Source of the DNA: Podarcis gaigeae | Lineage: Eukaryota | Assembly (NCBI GenBank): GCA_964106915.2 | Contig: OZ066916.1 | Direction: 5' to 3' (one strand) | Length of the DNA stretch: 64,000 nt | Shown: piece after piece, positions 23,269 to 35,512 of the stretch | How positions within the stretch are numbered: the first letter of the stretch is position 1 | How the letters are laid out: each line of letters opens with the position of its first letter | The notes under the pieces: generated by a model | What the model was told of the DNA's origin: nothing | Seen by the model: only the letters and a program-made list of their open reading frames with translations | Database searches by the model: none | Made by a program: the position numbers and the translations under genes

Positions 23269-24209
23269 TTTTAGTGTTAAAGAAGAATCACCTCACCCTC
23301 CACTTTTAACCAAACTAACAACTGCATTAATAGTAAGAATGCTTGTCTGGTTTGTCCTTCCATTAAGTACTCAGGCAGATTACCAATCTACCAGGTAGGT
23401 AAATGTGAGAAAGCCTTGACACTTGATAAGACCACGGACTTTTACCACATATTAGAATGTGTGGCAGGAAAAACACCCACCCGCACTCTTATGTTTGTAC
23501 TAATACAAGAAAGCAAGTAACCACATGGCAGAAAACCTGACCACATGACAGATTAGTTGTCAGTGTGTTCAGCCTTTGTGACATGACAGTGAGGCCTCCC
23601 AAGCTGTATATGGTTTTTTTTCTCTTAAAACTTTAATTAGCCTCTGGTAAAAGCAAAGTAAAACTGGTTGTTGCAGTCAACAGTTTCCTCACATGAATTA
23701 AGTGTTGGGGCCAAATGGGCTCAGCAGCTGCTCAAAAGGAAGGATGAGTACTTGTCAGTCCCTTAAAATAGAGCTGTCTATCAGGTTCCGCCTCTTAATT
23801 AACACGCCCTTCCAACAGGTTAAGCCAAATTTCTGCAATTAGACGTTCGAGAGGAAGGCCACTATATATTATTAACTTTATATGTAGGGTGTGTTCTGAC
23901 TCGTGCCTTCAGCCACACTTTGCCATTCAGGCCTTGCACAACAATAATTTAACAAGTCCGTCACCACATGACCTTCTGCGCATCCCTTTTACTTTATGCA
24001 CGTTGATGTTGTACACAAAACCTACACCTAGAAGGCTTACCTGTCCTGAGATGGAACAAGTCATACTAGGGATGTCAATCAATTCAAAATTTTGTCATTG
24101 ATCAGCCACAGGAGGCTTCTTCTTGTGCTCAAGACAGTAGTACTACTTATCTAAGCTTAACTTAGCTTAACTTGTCTTACAGGCACCTCTGGAGGAGCTC
24201 CATAAAACT

Positions 24210-24365
24210 GCAGAATCATTAAATTATACAGCTGGAAGAGACCCCAGGTATCATCTAGTCCCAACCCCCTGCAATGCAGGAACCTCAGCTAAAGCATTCA
24301 TGAGAGATAGCCACCCCGCCTCTGCTTAAGAACCTCCCATGAAGGAGAGTCCACCACCTTCCTTC
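24210..24365 (-). mobile_element. CR1 LINE 3' end
   Basis: agaatcat..ggaagagaccc..tcatctagtcc.aaccccctgc is the reverse complement of a CR1 3' terminus. Confidence 0.7.
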
Positions 24366-25838
24366 ATGAATTGATTGCTCCTGCTATTTTCGTAAGTCAT
24401 TTAGAGGTGTCAGTAAGCTCAGAACACAAGAAATGTGAAGGTTTTTGTTGCAGTGGTGCTTTATGGCAGCAGCTTTGGAACTTGTTGGATTTGGTTACAT
24501 CCATGCTGAGTGTAGAATAAGAACAAACCAACCATAACAAGATGGGTCACACGACACAGATAAGCTTGGTCCCCCCGGATTTTTCAAGAGAGTTTTGTAT
24601 TTTAATACAAAGTTCTTGATTTGCCCAAGGAGTGTCTCCAAATGCTATGCAGTTCTTACAACACAATACTTTTTGACTCCTTGTCAACAGTGCCAGAGTC
24701 TGGCCTGGAGATTCCATAGTCTGGCTCTTCTCCAAATAGTTCAATCACCTCTTAACCGAGAACCAAAATAAAGAGCTTGGAGTGAAATGTGTCAGATTTA
24801 ACAGTGATTGTTTTAAATCTTTTAACCCACACAATTGGCTTATGTTATATTCAGGGTCCAAATAATCTGATTTCTCTGTTGGCCTTGTATTAGAAAGCAA
24901 GGGCTCTTGACAGTGAAGTCAAGTCAAAGATACAATTTAGTCACCTGCACCCCAAAATTATGGTGACGGATCAAAGGATACACGCCAACATAATTTTCAA
25001 CTCTTTGGAACAAGACAGAATCAGCATCAGTCCTGCTAATCCTTAAACGTGGCCTTAACATCACACTCCCTCTTGGGCTTCTCCATCTCCCTGTGGCATA
25101 TGTTTGACCCATCTTATTGCTCCTTGTCCTAGATTGGTGCAGTGTAATTCAGTGGTGACAGTCTGATGGCCATCACACCACACCCAAAACACTTCTGGGC
25201 TTCGGCTGTAAAGCCCATTAGTTAAGAATCTAGTTGAACACCCTCATTCCTCATTCTCTTCTTTTTCTTTGCTGACACCATTTTGTCTTCCCATTGTCTC
25301 TTCCCATTTTTGTTTTCTAATAACTAATCTACAACACAAACACTTAGAGTATATGCATACATTTAATAAAAATGAGAAGGAATATAAATCGGGAGGGGAA
25401 AGATTGGGAAGGTAAAAAGAAGGGCTGAGGAAGGGGGTGATGGTGGGAGAAACAGAGTGCCTAGTGGAAGGGGACTGCACAACAACCAACAAGGAGGTGG
25501 AATTGGCATTCCAGAAAAGCAGGAAAAACTGCAATGCTATACACGAACACTGGGGAAGAAGGAGGAAGTCCCATTGCACCCAGTCCTTCTGTGTAAATAT
25601 GCATAGTGTTACATATGCTGGGGGTGGGGAGAGACTATTTGCCCGCCCGCCCCAAGATGTTGAAGAAGTGCAATTCCCCTTAGTCTAGCAAGCATGGCCA
25701 AAAGCCAGGGATGGTGAGAGTGGTACTTCAGCAACCTCCAGAACATCAAAGGTCCCTCACAGCTGAACTATATGCCTCTGAGCACAGGTAAACATGGAAT
25801 AGCTAACAGGATGGAAATGCCATTAATCTAAACATAAA

Positions 25839-26198
25839 GGTAAAGGGACCCCTGACTGTTAAGTCCAGTCGCGGACAACTCTGGGGTTGCAGCGCTCATC
25901 TCGCTTTACTGGCCGAGGGAGTTGGCGTTTGTCTGCAGACAGTTTTTCCAGATCATGTGGCCAGCATGACAAAGCCACTTCTGACGAACCAGAGCAGCGC
26001 ATGGAAATGCCGTTTACCTTCCCACCGGAGTGGTTCCTATTTATCTACTTGCACTTTGACATGCTTTCGAACTGCTAGGTTGGCAGGAGCTGGGACTGAG
26101 CAACGGGAACTCACCCTGTCATGGGGATTCGAACCGCTGACCTTCTGATCGGCAAGCCCTAGGCTCTGTGGTTTAGACCACAGCTCCACCCACATCCC
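25839..26198 (-). mobile_element. Full-length Sauria SINE with ~16-bp TSD
   Basis: Minus strand starts GGGATGTGGGTGGAGCTGTGGTCTAAACC, has B-box GGTTCGAATCC and a CCTTTACC tail; TSD ttaatctaaacataaa at 25823-25838 and 26200-26215. Confidence 0.93.
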
Positions 26199-26259
26199 TT
26201 TAATCTAAACATAAAAATAAATAAATGGGCAGAGCTATCCAATGTGTCTCTAGCAGACA

Positions 26260-26447
26260 CAGGAGCCAATTCCTAGGGGTTGAGGTCTCTTTGGCCCCCC
26301 AATAAAATATTTGAGGGTGCCAGCCCCCCCCCCCAAAGATTATGGGTATTGCCATTCAAATGTTGGGTGTGTGTTGCATCTTGTGATCAATTATGTGAGG
26401 TAGGGCTTACCTGCCCTGCCAATATTTTATTCAAGTTGGCTCCCCTG
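26260..26447. mobile_element. MITE with terminal inverted repeats
   Basis: caggagccaa...ttggctcccctg termini; inverted aataaaatatt/aatattttatt inside. Confidence 0.6.
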
Positions 26448-27279
26448 CTAGTGGAGGAACTGCTTACTAGGCCCTACTGGCCTCATTCTGGACATGGCAG
26501 AAGGTGTTGGAGCTTTCTGTGGCAAATTCTGCAGTCATACCTAGAAGTTTGAGGCTGGGGCTCCAGACTGTGTGTCTAAGAATAACTTCTGTATTTTGTA
26601 ACAAAGAATACTTTACCTGTGTTGTTTTTGCTGTAGCACTGAATGATGCATGAGTGAGACCTGTGATTACTGTTAAGTGAAGTATTTAAACTTACTTAAT
26701 GTTGTAGTCAATTCACTGTGAGAGGGGTAGAGGCGGGAGAGCTCAATCATGAGGGTTTAATACTCTAACAATCTATATTTCCCACACTGTGCAAACAATG
26801 CACGTATGTCTCTCTTGATTAGACAGTGAGTCAACCATCGCACACTTTTTTTCTTTTAATTCAGGCAATCAGGCAGTCACGCACACACATGGGACATCAG
26901 GATTAACTAGTAGTTTCCAGCAGTTTCCTCCTCCCCTTTCCCAGTTTTTCTGTTTTATATTTTTACTCCAATTGGTTTTAATGGAAGGGAAAATAACTAC
27001 ATGAGTTCCAGCACTGGCATTGTTTTTCCTCCCTTGTCAGGGGCATGCCAACGGCACAAGACCATATTTTAATTATCTGGATCCAACTTGTTTTCCGATC
27101 TGCCACTCACATACCCAGCACTTTTTCTTCTACCATTGTCACAGGAGGATCAGCAATATCCAACAGCCCTCAGCTGCCCTCCTAAGAAGCTGAGAATTGC
27201 TTCCAAAAATATCCAGAACTATTAACTCATCCTCCCTACAGTCCCATCACCTGCTCCCTTTACTGGCATCTACAAACTC

Positions 27280-27777
27280 AGCAGAGACATCACCTTGCCA
27301 ACAAAGGTCTGTATAGTTAAAGCTATGGTTTTCCCAGTAGTGATGTATGTGATGTATGGAAGTAAGAGCTGGACCATAAAGATGGCTGATCGCTGAAGAA
27401 TTGATGCTTTTGAATTATGGTGCTGTAGGAGACTCTTGAGAGTCCCATGGACTGCAAGAAGATCAAACCTATCCATTCTTAAGGAAATCAGCCATGAATG
27501 CTCACTGGAAGGACAGGTCCTGAAGCTGAGGCTCCAATACTTTGGCCACCTCATGAGAAGAGAAGACTCCCTGGAAAAGATCCTGATGTTGGGAAAGATG
27601 GAGGGCACAAGGAGAAGGGGACGACAGAGGACGAGATGGTTGGACAGTGTTCTCAAAGCTACCAGCATGAGTTTGACCAAACTGCGGAAGGCAGTGGAAG
27701 ACAGGAGTGCCTGGTGTGTTCTGGTCCATGGGGTCACGAAGAGTCGGACACGACTAAACGACTAAACAACAACAAAA
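27280..27777 (+). mobile_element. BovB (RTE) LINE, 5'-truncated and degenerate
   Basis: RVPWTARRSNLSILKEIS..LQYFGHLMRREDSLEK..VHGVTKSRTRLND plus (CAA)n tail; premature TGA and a 9-bp internal duplication (gtgatgtat). Confidence 0.95.
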
Positions 27778-27876
27778 AAACTCATCTGTCACTGGCCTCT
27801 TTGTGACATCATGTCCTTCCACTCCTGTCTCTCTGCCGCACATGCCTGGAACCACTGCTGCTCATGAAATCCTTTC

Positions 27877-28060
27877 ATAAGAACATCAGAAGAGCCTGCT
27901 GGATCAGGCCCAAGGGCCATCTAGTTCCAGCACTCTGTTCTCACCATGGCTAGCCACATGTACCAGGAAGCCCACAAGCAGAAGCTGAGAGCAGCAGCAG
28001 CAGCACTCTCCCCTCCTGTAGTTTCTTGCAACTGATATCAGAAGCATATTGCCTCTCACA
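27877..28060 (-). mobile_element. CR1-type 3'UTR fragment
   Basis: cataagaacat.agaagagcctgctggatcaggcc..catctagt.ccagca, typical reptile CR1 terminus; a + strand counterpart lies near 28720-28790. Confidence 0.65.
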
Positions 28061-31000
28061 GTGAGGGCAGTACATCCTTATCATTTCTCCCACTTCACTG
28101 TAATTTACCCCATCCCTACTACTAATTTCTCAAGCTCCCTTGTCTCCCATTTTGTTGCCCACTTAACACTGATTGGAATTACCTCTGGGAAGGGACCATG
28201 TCACTTCTAGCTCTCTGTACGGCAACCGAGCTACAAAAAATCCTGAATATGAATAGTAGCAATAGCTGTTGACTAACTCTCACACCAGGTTTCAGGGCGC
28301 CCTTGCGTATCTGCCACAAGGTGTAACATCCTACTCATTAAAAGTGAAGTTCTCTCAGCATCTGCAGGTGAAGGGTCACTACTCATTTGAAAGATTGTAA
28401 TTAAGTAATAGAGTTTCTCTTAGTCGTGATTATGATTCATTTCCCCTCACACTCCACCCCGTTTTCACACAAACACTTAATGCCAGAGTTGATTCCTGTT
28501 CCAACTGCATATACTTGTAAGTCAAGGAACAAATGGAAGTCTCTGTTCTGTAATCACTTCTTTGGAAGAAATGTGTTGTAGTTGATCATTACCACCCTGA
28601 CCCCCCACCCTTTACAGTTTGGCCACAATCCAACCCAAATTCAACACTATTGTTTTAAAAAATCAATCACTTTTTAATCCCATTCACTTTAATCAAATTC
28701 ACAACAATTCCATCCGCTTGACCACTGTGAGAACAGGATGCTGGCCTAAATGGGCTATTGGCCTGCTCCAGAAGGTTCTTCTTATGTCCATATATATACC
28801 GGTAATTTCAAAATTAAACAAATAAAAGTGTTGTGCTATAAACCACCATGGAGCATTTAACTCCCCATGGGCGATCTAATTTGCATAGAACATACACTTC
28901 TCAAGCTTGGTTTGGGAAACCACTCTACCCAAAGGCACAGAAACACACCCTTAATGGTGCATTGTTCTTTTGGGAGAGGGGGAGGGGACCCCAGAAAGTT
29001 GCACAAGATCTATGTGCTTCATTCAGAGTTGCTGCCTGCCATTTAGGGTTAGGTGTTTACAAAGCTTTCATGTCAGTGTAGGTGGAACTACACATACTGT
29101 CTAATACTAAGGTTGCTTAAGCATTTTACTCTGCCTTTAGGAGGAACAAGAATTACTTCACTGAGTACCTTTTCAAAATTATTTTTTTTTATTTTTTAAA
29201 AAACTTTTTTGTGTGTGTTAGTTACAAAATGACCCAGAAAAGACACACCCTTCCAATAGCCCACAGAAGCGAACCAGAAACAACACAGCCCACTTTTTCA
29301 TACAGAATATGAAGACAAACTGCAGGAAATAAATTGGAATAGACAGGCCTCATTCACATGGCATGCACATCACTTGATTTATGCATGTTCATTCAGAAGT
29401 ACAACTGGTGCTATTTTTCAAGAAATAGAGCTGCCAGAACTCACCATGAACACCTCCTTCATTCTCTTAGAATGGCAATGACGCCCACCTGGGAGGTGCT
29501 AGAAGTGAGTTTGTGTGAGTTCCAGCTGAAAAAAAGCCCTGATTATAACCCAGTGGTTTCCATGGGGTTTACTCCAAAAAAACGTCTTTAGGATTGCAGG
29601 CTTTCAATGTGATTCTATGCATGTCTATTCAGATGTAAGTCCTGTTGCATTAAGGATGCTTACTCCCCAGAAACTGCAGTCTAAGGTACCTTTTACATTT
29701 CCTGATCACAGGGTGGCTTGTAAGACTCCCGTCAGACCACATCATTGAATGTGGCAAGGTTGGAGGTGACGGAAGTGGCCTCAAGCACACTTGAACAGGG
29801 TTTGAGAGCAGAGTTTTCCCCATGAGATGATTCTATAGGCAGAAGAGAGGAGTAGCAATTTCTGCCACTTCCTCCTCTACCTAAAGACTCCATGAAAAGC
29901 TGATCTGGAGTGTGACCCACTGGAACAGGGCGGGAGGTAGTGTGGGGGATGGCAACAGGGGAGGCAATTGACTCAAATCCTCCACCCATCCCCTTCCTCC
30001 AGCAGGAAAACGGAATAAGTGCTTCCTGGAAGGGTATGTATGGATCCAACCCATTACTACTGGCAGCTGAACATGTGAACTAACTGTTCAGTTGAAAGCA
30101 GAGTGAGGGATGTGAAAGCTGTGTCCAGTGTTGTATCTATGGAGATCTATTTGCATAAGGAGCTCCAAGTTGCACTTATCATATCTTCAGCACATGTATG
30201 TGAACCTGCCTGCAGAACATAGAATCCAAGTGTTATACATGCATGTTTGAACCAGTCTTGGAAAATGGGGGACCAAATTTAAGGGATCCGACTCTGATAA
30301 AAGCTTTCAGTACTTTTCCACATTTTTCTGAAAAGTGAAACATACATTTCCTCCAGATTCACTTGGAATTCTTAGTTCCATCCATTTTCATACTGGGTGG
30401 CACCAGGTGATAGAAAGAAAAGTGATAAAGAATCATAGTAGCTGAGCAAACCCTTCTCGGTGATTTATAATTACTATGATCTTTTTTAGAACCATAGATG
30501 AAAATTGAGAATGACTTTCCATAGCCCTTGATGTTAAGAGTCATTTCCTCTAACATAAAAGACATGAGCTAAAAGGGAGCCCTTGCTTGAAGTGGCATGA
30601 CTTGAAAATCAAACTCATTCACCCTGGTGAGTAACAACACTACATCCTTGGCTGCCAACATTAAATTTACACAGGCAACTTTCTATTGTACGAAATTGAT
30701 GAATCACATGTTCTTCTATTGTACCTTTTTTTCTTCCATGGTTATTATGCTTTCCTTTTCCTCCTCTTTTCAGTTCTTCTGAAATATGATTAAACACTGA
30801 TTATTGTGAAGACTCCACCCCACCCCCGGCCACCAGTCTCTTCCTGATATCCTCTTCCACAGGGTGAAGTAGTAGGCCTGAAAAGCAAGCATGCCTAGAC
30901 ATATAGTTTCCTGAGGGCAAGCCTTAAGATGCTTCAGTGTCAATTAATATAAAAGAGAACCTTTATGACCACCACAAAGCTGTTATCTGCCAAAGAATAG

Positions 31001-34000
31001 AAAAGTAGCCGTCAACCAGCAAAAGAGGGTATCATTAGAAAAACCTGGGAACAACTAAGCTTGATTAAATTGTCAGCAATGTTAAAGAAGAATAATTACC
31101 AAGAATAAATTAAGTCCGTTAACAGCCTATGCAAAAAGAGAAGCCATTACTTCTTTACATTTTTCCAGTTATAGTTGCAATTGTTACTTTACTTCCCCAA
31201 GAGGATGTCTTAGACTGTCTTCATATGACAAACAGTGTAGTAAGAGTTATTTCTCCAGCATGAGTCTTCCTGGAATCATCACGCTTGTGAGACGGGCTCC
31301 ATGCCTTGATGCTCATGCATTAGTTACCCTCCCCTTTTATTTAAGAAAAACCACATGCCAGCCACAGCCATTTGCCTACTCAGCAGGGGGTAGCCCTCGG
31401 TTTCCCCAGCTGAAAACAAATCCCACCACTAGCAACCTCAGCCTTATCGGAATTTGGTTCAATAATCTGGGAACGTGGAGTTACAGGGCTTTGAATTAAA
31501 ATGCCCTCTTAAAATGGTTTCTGAAATCCGCTCTATTTACGAGTTGTGAAAAGTTGCTTCATACTGTCTAGTCATAACATTAAACGCCAGAGACAAAATG
31601 CAGAAAAGGGAATTCCTTTCTTCACAAAAACACTCGCTGCGTGCTTCTGACAGGCCAACTGCTTTTGAGTTAGGACATGAGCTGGCATGGCACTTTTTGT
31701 TTCAAAGGGAGACAGAAAATGAAAGGGAATTCAAAATGAAGCAGAGCAAATTTATGTTCTTCAATGGAGATACAGGAATCTGCGCATGTTTAAAGCAGGC
31801 TTTAGTGCCACCATCCTTTGGAAATACTGTGTGTGCATTATCTAAATGATACCGAAATCCAGATGCAAGCTCTCAGAAATAGAAAACCAAACTATTTTGG
31901 AGAGCGTGGGAAGTTAAGAGTCAGTTGTTCCTATTTATTAGTAATTATTTTCAGCTGTGCTGGCAAATGATTAAAACAAATTGCTAGCCTTTAATGATAC
32001 GTTGTATTTCCCTCTTTTTCTTCAACAATCAAATGGAAATTATTTCATCAGTAGAGAAGTGATATACTGTACGTGATGCTGGAGAATATTGGGAAAGGAA
32101 AACAACATGCAAAGTCACCTTTTGGCATTAGGGCAATTTCCATTAAATTCTTGGGGCAGGAATTCAGCAGCTGATGCAGACATGACTTGCTATTTGGTTA
32201 TTATATTCTCATTTACATTCTTCAATCACTACTGTGTTTCGGGATGGTTTTCTTTTTTAAAAAAAGAAAAGCCGCAGAGTTATCTGAGCAGGGGGAACGC
32301 TGTATAACTAGAAAATTGTGTCTGGCCTTAATTTAGTTAAGGAGATAGGCAAGCTTGCTTCCGTGCCCCATGAGGAATGGCAGGCACAAATCAAGAGTGC
32401 CTCTGACTGCACAACTAAAGCAGGGTGTTTATTCTAACATTCCTATTTTTTGTGCTAAAATGCAACAAACTCAGCCAGATTATGACTAGGGATAACAGTT
32501 GCTTTTCAAAGTCTTGCTCTGAACCCCTTAGTTCAAATAATGTGTAGCTCCAACACAACTTTCTTATTACAATTACTTGCAAAAGATGTTAAGAAATCCA
32601 TAAAATAAATTCATGCAAATCAATTATCTCAGAATTACTTTCTGAGAAACTATTTCAGTATTTCCATCTAGTGAACAAACCTGTCTGACATTTTAATCAG
32701 TTCACAGAAGTAAACATGCTTGGAAGAAACATAGTATTCCATTCATTGTAAATACAGAAGAACAATCACCTTGAGGCCTAGGGGAAGTACTTTTTATTAC
32801 AATGGCAGCAGAATGGTATTTACATTTTCCTGTTTGTACGACTCTCGCTGCTTTGCTTTATCATTATCAATAGCAGTCTTTCATTAATTGCACAACAAGC
32901 AGATAAAGTAATTATTAATTTTCCATTTCCAGACCATATTATTTATAGGGCCTTATTTTTGTTGCATTAGGACACAGCAAGACAGCATTTATTTATTTAT
33001 TTTAAACAAGGCCCTGTCAGAAGGCTTACAATGCAAAGAGTATCGGTCAAACGTAATATAAAAGTCGCCATACATTTGAAGAAAAAACACATTCAAAACC
33101 ACCCAGTTTTTATACTCTGTGACTACGATCCTATGCACTACTTTACTATTATTATTTATTGAATTTATATACTGCCCTATACCTGGAGGTCTCAAAGCGG
33201 TTCACAGAACAAAAATACTTTAGGATAACTCCTGGGCTTGTTTACATTTAGTAGGATTTTTCTCCAAGTCCATTTTAAACAGGAGGCCCTGCCTACAGTT
33301 GCATGGCATGTCACAAAATGGTTTTGTCATTTTTTCCGAGTTCCACAAGACTTTTTAACAGGCAGCAAAAGTAGGGCATCACATGTATGTTAGAGGTGAA
33401 ATGCATACTAGATTAGACTAGAACTGCTATTCTAATCTAATGCACATAGTTAAAATAACAGTGATCTGAAAAAAACTTCTAAAAACCCCTGCTCTTTACA
33501 CATAATTATACTTACTCGGAAAATCAGGGGTGGGTGTGTATATTCGTGTGTGTAATATATCAGGAATTGGCACCTGCTTGAATTTCCCCATCTCTTTTGT
33601 TATCTCACGTTTGAGATGTGATAACGAGTATATGCAAGTTAAATTTCATTTTGCTGTTGTATAGTGTAGGGTGAAAGTGACCACTAGAGTCTTGAGCTAC
33701 TGTATTAAGTGACATCAGTTATGGCTACTCTAGTTTAAAGTATCATGCTGAGGACTCCAAGAACTATGCTCTAGAAGGACTCAGGTTTTAGGATAAAGTT
33801 CCATTTATGTTCTGATGAATAGGCAGTTGCATTTTTTGCTAAGCAAAATGCCAACCTAAAGGAGTCAAATTTCACTAGTTCGAAACACTTTAAGGCAAAT
33901 GATGGAAGGAGACACACACTTTTAATCTCATTAAAACAGATGTTATCCTCCAAAGCATGCTTAAATAATGAGATTGTGCACATGTGAATTCAGCCACCAA

Positions 34001-34663
34001 CCATCCATTGGTTGCGCCATCAGGTGCAGAGCATTTTCCTATATGCAGATGCAGCTTGGAACAGGCCAACTAAATATACGCCATCTCAAGCTTACACTAG
34101 ACACATAAAGATGCAAACAGGACTACATGGGAGAATCTTCCCTGAATGTCTACAGGGAACAAATAAATTGCCCTTGGTATGACACCAAAGCAGAAGGGGT
34201 GTTACATCCTATTTCTTACTTATAATTTAGTGAATAGCTGGCACTACGATATAGCCAGAAAAAGTGAGCTACTGCTTTTCTTTTTTTGCATTCCTGCTTT
34301 ATTAGAATATTTAGACTCAGACTATAGTACACAAAAGCAAGCTTGATTAAATTCAGGCATCATATCCCACCATGGCTGAGGAAGCTGAGTTACATTTCTC
34401 AATGGACAAATTAGCATTTGAAATTGGCAAGCAAACAATAAATCAAAAACTATGTTTTAAGTACAGTTCTTTGGGGCTAGCTGTAGTTTGGTGTGATGCC
34501 TGAATTCACAAACCAAGTCTCATCAATTACTCCAACTCCAGAAGATTCTGTAGAATGAAAATAATGCTAAGCAAATAGAAAATTAAGAGCAAATGAACAG
34601 CTTATAACCATGTTGTGACCATTGTGTGTTTAATGCTCAAATCATTGTTTAACACCTGAACTA

Positions 34664-35018
34664 GGTAAAGGTACCCCTGCCCGTTCAGGCCAGTCTTGCC
34701 AGACTCTAGGGTTGTGTGCTCATCTCACTCTATAGGCCGGGAGCCAGCGCTGTCCGCAGACACTTCCGGGTCATGTGGCCAGCGTGACAAACTGCATCTT
34801 GGCTCGCCAGCGCAGCACACGGAACGCCGTTTACCTTCCCGCTGGTAAGCGGTCCCTATTTATCTACTTGCACCCGGAGGTGCTTTCGAACTGCTAGGTT
34901 GGCAGGCGCTGGGACCGAACGACGGGAGCGCACTCCACCGCAGGGATTCGAACCGCCGACCATGTGATCGGCAAGTCCTAGGCGTTGAGGTTTTTACCCA
35001 CAGCGCCACCCACGTCCC
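34664..35018 (-). mobile_element. Full-length Sauria SINE (second subfamily) with 13-bp TSD
   Basis: GGGACGTGGGTGGCGCTGTGG head, GGTTCGAATCC B-box, ACCTTTACC tail; TSD aacacctgaacta at 34651-34663 and 35022-35034. Confidence 0.93.
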
Positions 35019-35506
35019 TAAAACACCTGAACTATGATTAGTTAAAACAATGGTTTGGTGTGGTGTATGAATTAAGGACTAGAAATGCCTTTCCATTGCT
35101 AGCTTATACAGACAAGTTTAGTTTCCAGGAGTATCTGCCTAATAGACACAAAGCTTTTTCAGGCATTCAAAATCTGTGCAAAGTAACTGCACAAGGGAGG
35201 TTACAGCCATAAGTACACAAGCTCCACACACCCCTCCACTGTTTTAGATGCCCTGCATATGCTGAATAATAATTTTCTGAAGCAGGGAGCCCACCCTACT
35301 CATCAAAGCATTCCACATCAAAACAGTTGTTTTATGCCCAGCAACTATTTCCTTCAATTATCTTAAATGTTAATTATTATAAATGAGTAAAGCAATCCGT
35401 AAACCAGCCTATAAACATCTGAATAGCATTCAACAGACTGCATATTTCCATTCCTCTCCATTTAATCAATTATGAAGTCATTTTTGCTGAACTGTTGAAC
35501 TGAAAT

Positions 35507-35512
35507 TTTATT
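35507..35512 (-). terminator. Candidate distal ATG5 polyadenylation signal (AATAAA)
   Basis: tttatt on +, ~2.2 kb past the ATG5 stop, preceded on - by U-rich/TGTA sequence; alternatives exist near 37420 and 35815. Confidence 0.45.

Noticed and set aside
29540-29680. Palindromic aatcc..gtaagtcc..cttactc..ggattgca hairpins (also near 16400, 38400, 54790, 60310) as miRNA or ncRNA genes
   Set aside because: Multiple decayed dispersed copies indicate a common palindromic MITE family.
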